64,000 bases of DNA from Patescibacteria group bacterium (GTDB lineage Bacteria; Patescibacteriota; Patescibacteriia; Patescibacteriales; UBA12465): contig JBAYKT010000006.1 in the NCBI GenBank assembly GCA_041664445.1, forward strand, positions 8,058 to 72,057, written 5' to 3'. Below are positions 35,216 to 43,128 of this stretch, in pieces. The notes beneath the pieces were generated by a model that searched no databases, was not told the origin of the DNA, and saw only the letters and a list, made by a program, of their open reading frames with translations. How positions within the stretch are numbered: the first letter of the stretch is position 1; every line of letters starts with the position of its first letter. Both the position numbers and the translations under genes were made by a program.

Positions 35216-36256
35216 TTAATCGGAGCTGGTTGGCAAAATTACTTTTTCTAACAATTCTTTATTATTTAACAACAAGCCTGTACCGCGAGCAACACAAGTT
35301 AAGGGATCATCAACAATTTTGACGGGAATTTTAGAAGCAGCGGAAATTGCTTTGTCCAAGCCGCGAAGCAAAGCGCCGCCGCCAGACAAATAAAGACCGC
35401 GCTCATAAATATCGGATACTAATTCCGGCGGCGTGGTTTCTAAAATAGTTTTAATATTATCAATTATCTTGCTGACAGTACGGCTAATTGCCTCCCTAAT
35501 CTGCTTATCATTAATCATAATCGCTTTTGGCAATCCGGTTAATAAATCACGGCCACGAACTTCCATCTCTTTCGGCTCATCAAGCGGAACGGCTGAACCA
35601 ATACCAATCTTAATGCTTTCAGCCAGTTGTTCGCCGATTAAAATATTAAATTCCTCGCGAATATATTCAATGATGTTGCCATCAAATTCATTTCCAGCCG
35701 CCTTCAAAGATTTCCAGGTAACCACACCTCCCAAAGAGATAACCGCAATTTCGGTAGTGCCGCCACCGATATCCACAATCATAGTCGCTGTCGCATCGGT
35801 TACCGGCAAACGGGCGCCAATCGCCGCTGCCATCGCCTCTTCAATCAAATAAACTTTACGCGCGCCGGCCGATTTAGCGGCGTCTTCCACCGCTTTTTTT
35901 TCCACTTCCGTTAAATCCAAGGGGATGCCAATTACCACGCGTGGACGAGAGACTAGCGCAAAATTATCATTATGAACTTTACTGATGAAATACTTGAGCA
36001 TTTTTTCCGTTACTTCAAAATCAGAGATAACGCCATCAACCAAAGGCTTGATAGCTTCAATATGTCCTGGAGTTTTGCCGACCATTTTTTTAGCAGCTTC
36101 TCCAACTTCCAAAATTTCGTTAGTTCGTTTATTAATTGCGACCACGCTCGGCTCGTTAATCACTAAACCTTTATCACTAAGATAAACCAGGGTATTTCTG
36201 GTACCCAAATCAATTCCTAAATCATGGCTAAATTTTCCTAGCAATTTATTAAACAT
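35216..36256 (-). CDS. mreB: actin-like rod-shape protein MreB, paralog 2 (in the mreBCD operon)
   Basis: LGIDLGTRNTLVY, DIGGGTTEIAVISLGG, GLYLSGGGALLRGLDKAI. Confidence 0.95.
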   Translation of the reverse strand: MFNKLLGKFSHDLGIDLGTRNTLVYLSDKGLVINEPSVVAINKRTNEILEVGEAAKKMVGKTPGHIEAIKPLVDGVISDFEVTEKMLKYFISKVHNDNFALVSRPRVVIGIPLDLTEVEKKAVEDAAKSAGARKVYLIEEAMAAAIGARLPVTDATATMIVDIGGGTTEIAVISLGGVVTWKSLKAAGNEFDGNIIEYIREEFNILIGEQLAESIKIGIGSAVPLDEPKEMEVRGRDLLTGLPKAIMINDKQIREAISRTVSKIIDNIKTILETTPPELVSDIYERGLYLSGGGALLRGLDKAISAASKIPVKIVDDPLTCVARGTGLLLNNKELLEKVILPTSSD

Positions 36257-36259
36257 AGT

Positions 36260-37486
36260 TTAGATTATTTTGTTTAAAATTTCAGTCGAAGCAATAATGC
36301 TAACCTCTTTTTCATTTCTTCTTTTTAATTCCAGTCCGCCATTTTCTAAAGATTTTTTGCTGATTACTAATCTATATGGACAACCTATTAAATCAGCATC
36401 GGCAAATTTTTCCCCGGCAGATAAATCTCGATCATCATATAAAACTTCAACCCCTTCTTTCTGTAAATCATTGTAAATTTTATCAGCCTTTTCGTTTTCA
36501 CCTAAAGACAAAAGATGAACTTTAAAAGGTGCCACGGCTTCAGGCCAAATTATTCCCTTATCATCATGACAAATTTCTACAATCGTTCCTAAAGCCCGGC
36601 TTAAACCCAGACCGTAACAACCCATGATAACCATTTTCTTTTCGCCGTCCTTGTCTTGATATTTTAAATCGAATGGTTCGGAATATTTAGTGCCGAGTTT
36701 AAAAATATTTCCAACTTCAACTGCCTTGTCTTCTCTTAAGTTAGCTTTACCGCATTTCGGACAAGTGTTTTGATCGGCAATTATCTCTTTGTTGATTGCC
36801 ATTTGGCAATCGTCGCAAACATAAATAATATCTTCACCGGCGGAAGTCAAAGTTTGAAATTCATGAGAGTATTTTGAAAAGCTGCCCCCTGAAGCGTAAG
36901 TAAGATAAGTTTTTTCACCTAAACCAAAACGTCTAAAAATATTATTATAAGCGACAATCGCTCTTTCATAATAATTATCCAAATCAGCTTGGTCGGCATG
37001 AAAAGAATATAAATCTTTCATTAAAAATTCGCGGCCACGCAAAAGTCCCGACTTGGCTCTTTTTTCGTTTCTAAATTTATTTTGTATTTGAAAAACAGCC
37101 AGTGGTAGTTCCCGATAAGAGGTAATAAATTTTTTAGCGAGCGGGGTGACAACTTCTTCGTGGGTTGGATTAAGAGCATATTCTTTCTCATCCGAACCCG
37201 AAGTTTTAAAGAGAACATCAAGTGTATCCCAACGTCCAGTTGCTTGCCAATTTTCTTTCGGAGCTAAAGATGGCATATTAATTTCTTGACCATCTATTGC
37301 TTCCATTTCCTCACAAATAATATTTCTAATTTTGTTTATAACTTTCCAACCTAGCGGCAGGAAAGAATAAACGCCAGCGGCTGATTTATCAACAAAACCG
37401 GCTCTAATCAGCGCCTGGGCATTATAGCTCGCCTCATCTTTAGGCAGCTCTTTTATAGTTTTGGTAAAAAGTTGAGATTGTTTCAT
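36260..37486 (-). CDS. proS: prolyl-tRNA synthetase lacking the INS editing domain; a Cys4 knuckle sits in its place
   Basis: The N-terminal QLFTKTIKELPKDEASYNAQALIRAGF and class II motifs (RGREFLMKDLYSF; GCYGLGLSR) match bacterial-type ProRS. Only 408 aa. CDDC...CPKC at aa 224-245 lies between motifs 2 and 3. Confidence 0.9.
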   Translation of the reverse strand: MKQSQLFTKTIKELPKDEASYNAQALIRAGFVDKSAAGVYSFLPLGWKVINKIRNIICEEMEAIDGQEINMPSLAPKENWQATGRWDTLDVLFKTSGSDEKEYALNPTHEEVVTPLAKKFITSYRELPLAVFQIQNKFRNEKRAKSGLLRGREFLMKDLYSFHADQADLDNYYERAIVAYNNIFRRFGLGEKTYLTYASGGSFSKYSHEFQTLTSAGEDIIYVCDDCQMAINKEIIADQNTCPKCGKANLREDKAVEVGNIFKLGTKYSEPFDLKYQDKDGEKKMVIMGCYGLGLSRALGTIVEICHDDKGIIWPEAVAPFKVHLLSLGENEKADKIYNDLQKEGVEVLYDDRDLSAGEKFADADLIGCPYRLVISKKSLENGGLELKRRNEKEVSIIASTEILNKII

Positions 37487-37530
37487 ATATTTACTACTAT
37501 CCTATCCAAAAAATGATCGATTGTAAAGCG

Positions 37531-38109
37531 TCATTTTTTCATGATTTTTAAGGCTTGTTTTACTCTTTCCCCTGTGTCTTTTAGCTCCGAATCAACGCTT
37601 CCTAAAGCAGCTCGCGCTTCGCTAAGTGAATAGCCTAAAGACATAAGCGCATCTAGTTCATCGCTAGAAGCTAAAGACGAAGCGTCGCCGCTTAAAGACG
37701 CCGGAGCAATCTTCAAAATCTTGCTCTTTAATTCTAAAACTAAACGCTCGGCTGTTTTCTTACCGATACCGGAAACTTTGGTTAATAAATCAGCGTCCCC
37801 CCTGATAATTGATTCCTTGATATCATTAGCAGTTGCTACCGCCAGGACTCCTAACGCCGATTTTGGACCGACCCCGGAAACACTAATTAACATTTCAAAT
37901 AAATCCAGCTCTTCTAAACTTTTAAAACCATACAAATCATTAGCTTCTTCGCGAATGTGATGATGAGTAAAAACCTCTAAAGAAGCACCGGCTTGAATAT
38001 CATTTAAAAAAGTCTCACCAGCAAAAATTGCATAACCGATATCGCGCACATCCAAAATAAAATAATTGTTGGATTTGGAAATAATTGTACCGCGTAAGTA
38101 GGAAATCAT
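37531..38109 (-). CDS. ruvA: Holliday junction branch-migration complex subunit RuvA
   Basis: MISYLRGTI...GYAIF OB-fold N-terminus and the HhH motifs LISVSGVGPKSAL and LTKVSGIGKKTAERL. Confidence 0.9.
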   Translation of the reverse strand: MISYLRGTIISKSNNYFILDVRDIGYAIFAGETFLNDIQAGASLEVFTHHHIREEANDLYGFKSLEELDLFEMLISVSGVGPKSALGVLAVATANDIKESIIRGDADLLTKVSGIGKKTAERLVLELKSKILKIAPASLSGDASSLASSDELDALMSLGYSLSEARAALGSVDSELKDTGERVKQALKIMKK

Positions 38110-38118
38110 ATTTTAAAT

Positions 38119-39429
38119 TTATTGTTTTTTAATTTCAGGCTTTAATTTTCTTCTGATAACCGCTAGTTCCGGCAAAGACACAATATCGTCTAATTCAATT
38201 AAACATTCCTGAGCTCCGCCGCCGCCATGCGCCTCCGTTAATTCTTCCCGGGTCTTGGCGCTCACCAATTTTTTCAATTTCATTTTAATTATATCATAAT
38301 CAAAACCAATAATCTCAATTTCATCGCCCAGTTTAATCGTATTATGGACTTTAAACAATAAATTAGTTTTACCATTTTTATCTTTAATCGCCTTGATAAC
38401 CTGGCCGCAAAACTCCCAAGAACTTTGATTATGAGAATCAACAATATTTTGTTCCGCCTTATCGCCCAATAAAAATCCCGTTGTATAACCGCGATGAACA
38501 AGTCTTGTCTCTAACTCTTTATATAAATAACTTAATTCTTTTTTTAATTTTGGCGTGGCCGTTTTTTTGGCAATTAAGCTAATAGCTCGACGATAGATAG
38601 CACAAACCGTCGCTTGATAATAAACGCTTTTCGCGCGTCCTTCTATTTTAAAACTGGTCACACCCGCCTTAATCAATTCCGGCAGGTATTTAATCAAGCA
38701 CAGGTCTTTAGAATTCAACAAATAAGTGCCATGCTCTTCTTCCACCAATTCCAATTCTTCTTCGTGCCCGCGCGCTTTGACAGTATAGCGGTTAACGTCA
38801 TATTGCCAGCGGCAAGGCTGAGCGCAATCGCCCAAATTACCGCTCCGGTTAATAAACATCTTGGAAAGAAAACAGCGGCCGGAATAGGCCATGCACATCG
38901 CGCCGTGCACAAAGTATTCTAATTCTAATTTTGGTAAAGCGCGGTGAATCTCGGTAATTTCTGGAAGGGTGACTTCTCGGCCTAAAACAATGCGGCTAAC
39001 GCCTTGGCTGAACCAAAAACGAGCGGCGGCTAAATTAGTGCAATTAGCCTGAGTGGATAAATGTAATTCGGCGCGGGGAATAATTTTTTTAATCAAACTA
39101 AGGACTCCCGGATCGGAAACAATAAAAGCATCCACACCTAGCGGTTTCAATTTTTTTAAATATGCTTCCAACTTACTAAAATGTTTATTATGCGCAAAAA
39201 TATTAATCGTAATATAAACTTTTTTGCCACGCTCATGCGCATACTGAAGAGCAATTTTTATTTTTGGTAAATCAAAGTCATTAATACGCACGCGTAAAGA
39301 AAAATCGGGAATGCCAAGATAAACCGCATCCGCTCCGTAAGCAAAGGCGGTTTGCAACTTCAACATATTACCGGCAGGCGCCAGTAATTCTAAGCTTGGT
39401 TTTTTTATTTTAGCGCGGCTGGAAATCAT
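38119..39429 (-). CDS. peptidase U32 family protein
   Basis: PELLAPAGNMLKLQTAFAYGADAVYLG and E..VHGAMCMAYSGRC match the U32 N-terminal barrel signature. Confidence 0.85.
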   Translation of the reverse strand: MISSRAKIKKPSLELLAPAGNMLKLQTAFAYGADAVYLGIPDFSLRVRINDFDLPKIKIALQYAHERGKKVYITINIFAHNKHFSKLEAYLKKLKPLGVDAFIVSDPGVLSLIKKIIPRAELHLSTQANCTNLAAARFWFSQGVSRIVLGREVTLPEITEIHRALPKLELEYFVHGAMCMAYSGRCFLSKMFINRSGNLGDCAQPCRWQYDVNRYTVKARGHEEELELVEEEHGTYLLNSKDLCLIKYLPELIKAGVTSFKIEGRAKSVYYQATVCAIYRRAISLIAKKTATPKLKKELSYLYKELETRLVHRGYTTGFLLGDKAEQNIVDSHNQSSWEFCGQVIKAIKDKNGKTNLLFKVHNTIKLGDEIEIIGFDYDIIKMKLKKLVSAKTREELTEAHGGGGAQECLIELDDIVSLPELAVIRRKLKPEIKKQ

Positions 39430-39432
39430 AAT

Positions 39433-40380
39433 TTAAGAACGTTTTATTCTAATCAATCCGCTAATTGGTACGATTTCAATTCCCTGCTTTTCAATTTCAT
39501 CTAACAACAAATTCATTCCCAGGGAATCCGAAGCCATATGCCCGGCAATCACGACATTGATATGATATTTTTCCGCTTCCTTGCGATGTTCTTCGGACAT
39601 ATGCATGCCAATAATCGTGCCGATACCATACTGAGACATTTTTTCATAAATATCTTTGGAACCGCTAGTGCCGCCAGTAAATTCAGTAACCACAATCTTG
39701 CCGCAGCTACTATCTTCGGAGCCGGCAAAAATCATCGGACCGGCTTTTCGTTTTTTAGCTTCAGCATATTCCGGAATAGACATTAAGAGCTCCATTAAAT
39801 CGCCAACCGTATCTAGTTTTTCTTTATTTTTCTGAATGAGAGCCTCCATAAAACTGGCGCTTAAATTATCCGCCGGTGTATGAATACACATAAAATTAGT
39901 ATTCAAAACTCTGGCGGCATCCACTGCTCGATCATGATTAATCGGCGAAATTCCACGATGGACTTCGCTAATGCGTGATTTGATTACCGATTCGGCGATG
40001 TTAATCGGTACACCATAATTAGCCAGCACCTGAGCCTGCAAAGCCATCACGTCCGATAAATCAGCCAGGGCAATGCCTTCAGGATGATGAGCCAATACTA
40101 AATCAATATCCCCTAATTGTTTGGCCAACAGGAGCTCGGACGTTTCAATATCAATACCGACTAAAATCTTTTTTATCTCCCGACCATTATCAAACAAAAC
40201 CCGCGCATCCGAATAAGGATTACTTAATTTTTCCATATCAAAAAATTCCTTATCCTTCTCGGACAAGGCTTCATATTTTTTATTGACGCGCGCCAAATAT
40301 TTTTTAACTTCCGCTTCACCGCGCAAGTCAGCCTTCATTCCTAGTTTGATGGCCAAATCGTAAATTTCTTTCGTCTTCAT
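39433..40380 (-). CDS. NIF3-family (YbgI/GTP cyclohydrolase 1 type 2 homolog) dinuclear-metal protein
   Basis: The metal-ligand pattern LAHHPEG ... HTPAD ... AGHMASD parallels VHHG ... HLPLD ... GHHATE of E. coli YbgI (recalled from memory). Confidence 0.55.
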   Translation of the reverse strand: MKTKEIYDLAIKLGMKADLRGEAEVKKYLARVNKKYEALSEKDKEFFDMEKLSNPYSDARVLFDNGREIKKILVGIDIETSELLLAKQLGDIDLVLAHHPEGIALADLSDVMALQAQVLANYGVPINIAESVIKSRISEVHRGISPINHDRAVDAARVLNTNFMCIHTPADNLSASFMEALIQKNKEKLDTVGDLMELLMSIPEYAEAKKRKAGPMIFAGSEDSSCGKIVVTEFTGGTSGSKDIYEKMSQYGIGTIIGMHMSEEHRKEAEKYHINVVIAGHMASDSLGMNLLLDEIEKQGIEIVPISGLIRIKRS

Positions 40381-40411
40381 ATATTATTACTTTAATAATT
40401 AGTAAGTTTGT

Positions 40412-41314
40412 TTAAACCAAACCGCGCAATTTTTTTATCCGCTCTTCAACCGGCGGGTGCGTAGCCAACATTCGCGTTAGCCAACCGAGCTTATTAGTCT
40501 CCTTAAACGGTGAGGCAATATATAAATGCGCGGTCGCGCGATTAGCAACTTCAAGCGGTTCCTGGTCAGCGGAAATCTTTTCCAAAGCACGCGCTAAGCC
40601 TTCGGGATAGCGAGTAAGCAGCGCGCCATCGGCGTCAGCCGCAAATTCCCGCTTGCGCGAAATGGCGAACTGCAACATATAAGCAAATATCGGGGCTAAA
40701 ATTGATAAAACAATGGCGACAATTGTAATAATTAATTGCATTTGATTATTTCCACTATCACTATTACGCCGACCGCCAAAAAATGACCAATGGCGAAACC
40801 AGTCAGCTAACAAAACAACTAAACCAACCAAAATAGTTACGATTGTGGCTAATAAAATATCGCGATTACCAATATGCGAAAGCTCATGAGCAATTACGCC
40901 CTCTAATTCCGCTTTATCTAATTTCTGCAAGAGGCCGGAAGTAACGGCAATCACCGCGTGGTCCTTATCGCGCCCAGTCGCAAAAGCGTTAGGAGCAGTG
41001 TCATCAATAATATAAATCTTCGGCGTTGGCAGGCCGGCGGTAATACAAAGATTTTCTACTAAGTGATAAAGCTCGCGGTTGGAATCGTGGTCAATTTCGT
41101 GCGCTTTGCTCATGGCGAGCACCATTTTATCGCTGTTGTAATAAGCTAAAAAATTAGCAACCACGCTGAAGATCACCGCAATATATAAAATAGAGGAATC
41201 ATCCATCGCGATACTAAAGATATAGCCGACAATAATAATAAAGACAAAAAACCCGGCCAAATAGGCCCAGGTTTTTCGCTTGTTAGAATCACTATGAGTA
41301 TAAAGACTAGCCAT
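40412..41314 (-). CDS. htpX: membrane zinc metalloprotease HtpX (M48)
   Basis: HELSHIGNRD (HExxH) between TM pairs. C-terminal ATHPPVEERI is typical of HtpX. Confidence 0.9.
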   Translation of the reverse strand: MASLYTHSDSNKRKTWAYLAGFFVFIIIVGYIFSIAMDDSSILYIAVIFSVVANFLAYYNSDKMVLAMSKAHEIDHDSNRELYHLVENLCITAGLPTPKIYIIDDTAPNAFATGRDKDHAVIAVTSGLLQKLDKAELEGVIAHELSHIGNRDILLATIVTILVGLVVLLADWFRHWSFFGGRRNSDSGNNQMQLIITIVAIVLSILAPIFAYMLQFAISRKREFAADADGALLTRYPEGLARALEKISADQEPLEVANRATAHLYIASPFKETNKLGWLTRMLATHPPVEERIKKLRGLV

Positions 41315-41316
41315 AC

Positions 41317-42069
41317 TTATTCTTTCTTTTTATTAAATCCCTCAAACGACCTTAAAATTTCTACCGGAGTCATAAAGACGACGGTATTAGATTGATCGGA
41401 AGAAATATCATTAATCGCTTGTAAGGTTCTAAGATGCAGGGCGCCATCAGACGCGGACAACATTTTCGCGGCCGCTGCAATATTGGCGGCAGCAGCAAGT
41501 TCGCCTTCGGAGTTGATAATAACCGCGCGCTTCTCTCGTTCCGCCTCCGCTTGCTTAGCAATCGTGCGCTCCATTGATTCTGGCAAAGAAACATCTTTTA
41601 ACTCTACATTATTAACTTTAATCCCCCATTCATCAGTTTCTTTATCAACAATTTCTTTTATTCGATCAGCAATTTCATCGCGCTTGCTTAAAAGTTCATC
41701 TAAAGTGACCGAACCGACAATATTACGCATAGTTGTTTGTGCGTATTGACTAATCGCGTAGAAAAAATTTTCAACTTCAATGACCGCTTTTTCGGCAAAG
41801 GCAACTTTATAATAAATAACGGCGTTAACAGTAACGGAAACGTTGTCACGAGTAATCGCCTTTTGATCAGGAACATCAACTGCTTTCACACGGATATCCA
41901 CTTTTTTGAAAGTTTGAAAAACCGGAATCAAAATTCGCCACCCCGGCTCCATAATTCCGGAAAATTTACCCATGGTAAAACGGACACCCCGCTCATACTG
42001 ATTAATTTGTTTTAAACTGCTGAGAATTAAAACGCCGATGATAATGATAAGATAAATTGCGATTCCCAT
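41317..42069 (-). CDS. SPFH/band-7 (stomatin-like) membrane protein
   Basis: N-terminal TM helix then INQYERGVRFTMGKFSGIMEPGWRILIPVFQTFKKVDIRV...TRDNVSVTVNAVIYYKV. Ala/Glu-rich coiled coil AEAEREKRA. Confidence 0.85.
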   Translation of the reverse strand: MGIAIYLIIIIGVLILSSLKQINQYERGVRFTMGKFSGIMEPGWRILIPVFQTFKKVDIRVKAVDVPDQKAITRDNVSVTVNAVIYYKVAFAEKAVIEVENFFYAISQYAQTTMRNIVGSVTLDELLSKRDEIADRIKEIVDKETDEWGIKVNNVELKDVSLPESMERTIAKQAEAEREKRAVIINSEGELAAAANIAAAAKMLSASDGALHLRTLQAINDISSDQSNTVVFMTPVEILRSFEGFNKKKE

Positions 42070-42104
42070 ATAATTGTAGTTAATTTATTACTTAAGGATA
42101 CACA

Positions 42105-42668
42105 TTAAAATTTAACTTCTACGTTCTTTCTCTCGGCAGCGTCTTCAATTTCAAAAAACTTACGCGCGGTAAATTTCAACCAACCAGCAATCATATTATT
42201 CGGGAAAACTTGAATCTTGGTATTGAAATCACGAACGTTAGTATTGTAGAAGCGTCGAGAAGCCTGAATTTTATCTTCAGTATCAGTTAACTCTCTTTGT
42301 AGCTCTAGAAAGTTTTGGTTAGCTTTTAAATCTGGATAACTTTCCGCGAGCGCAAAAATTGACTTCAAAGTTCCTGATAAGGTATTTTCTGCTTGTGCTT
42401 GTGCCTCAGCATCGCCACCCTTTTGCGCGGCCATCGCCTGATTACGAGCATTAACAACTTTTTCCAGAGTTGCCTGTTCGTGAGCCGCATAGCCTTTAAC
42501 CGTTTCAATTAAATTTGGGATTAAATCATAACGGCGCTTGAGCTGAACATCAATATCACTCCAAGCTTCGTCCACGCGATTTTTTAAACGAATTAGGCCG
42601 TTATACATAGCAATCACAAACAATGCAACTACTACGACAACTCCCAAGATGACATAAAGAATAGTCAT
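42105..42668 (-). CDS. lemA: LemA family protein
   Basis: N-terminal TM helix then YNGLIRLKNRVDEAWSDIDVQLKRRYDLIPNL...YPDLKAN.NF..LQ.EL...E.KI...R..YN is the canonical LemA pattern. Confidence 0.85.
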   Translation of the reverse strand: MTILYVILGVVVVVALFVIAMYNGLIRLKNRVDEAWSDIDVQLKRRYDLIPNLIETVKGYAAHEQATLEKVVNARNQAMAAQKGGDAEAQAQAENTLSGTLKSIFALAESYPDLKANQNFLELQRELTDTEDKIQASRRFYNTNVRDFNTKIQVFPNNMIAGWLKFTARKFFEIEDAAERKNVEVKF

Positions 42669-42731
42669 AAATTTTTAATTATTTTTGTTAAATTAATTTA
42701 TAAAACTTTTAAATATTATAACAGAAAATGC

Positions 42732-43127
42732 TTATTTTTTCAAGTTAGGGTCTTGATCTTTCTTTTTAAATCCAATGTTAATAACTTTAGCGTCCGTAAG
42801 ATCAAATCTAACACTTTTCATGCCTTTCTCAAAATCATCTAAAAACTTATTGCCTGAGCGGAAATAAAAAACGATAAGAATTATTATCATCGTCAAAGAT
42901 AATAAAGACGAAGTACTGAAAATAGAATCGCGATTACCAACTAAAGTGGAGACCAGTATAATTATTGGTATCAATAATAGAGACTTCATTCGACCCATTA
43001 CAAATCTAAAGAAGCCCATCAATATCTTCTGAGCTTGAGGCGGGATAGGCTCTTCTTTGCCCATGGTTTGCTCGGAATTAATAACTTGTCCTACATTAAC
43101 AGGATTGTTAATATTTTCTTTTTCCAT
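42732..43127 (-). CDS. hypothetical small membrane protein
   Basis: 131 aa: polar N-terminus, two hydrophobic helices, charged C-terminus. 1-nt gap to the ileS stop side and co-directional. Confidence 0.45.
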   Translation of the reverse strand: MEKENINNPVNVGQVINSEQTMGKEEPIPPQAQKILMGFFRFVMGRMKSLLLIPIIILVSTLVGNRDSIFSTSSLLSLTMIIILIVFYFRSGNKFLDDFEKGMKSVRFDLTDAKVINIGFKKKDQDPNLKK

Positions 43128-43128
43128 A

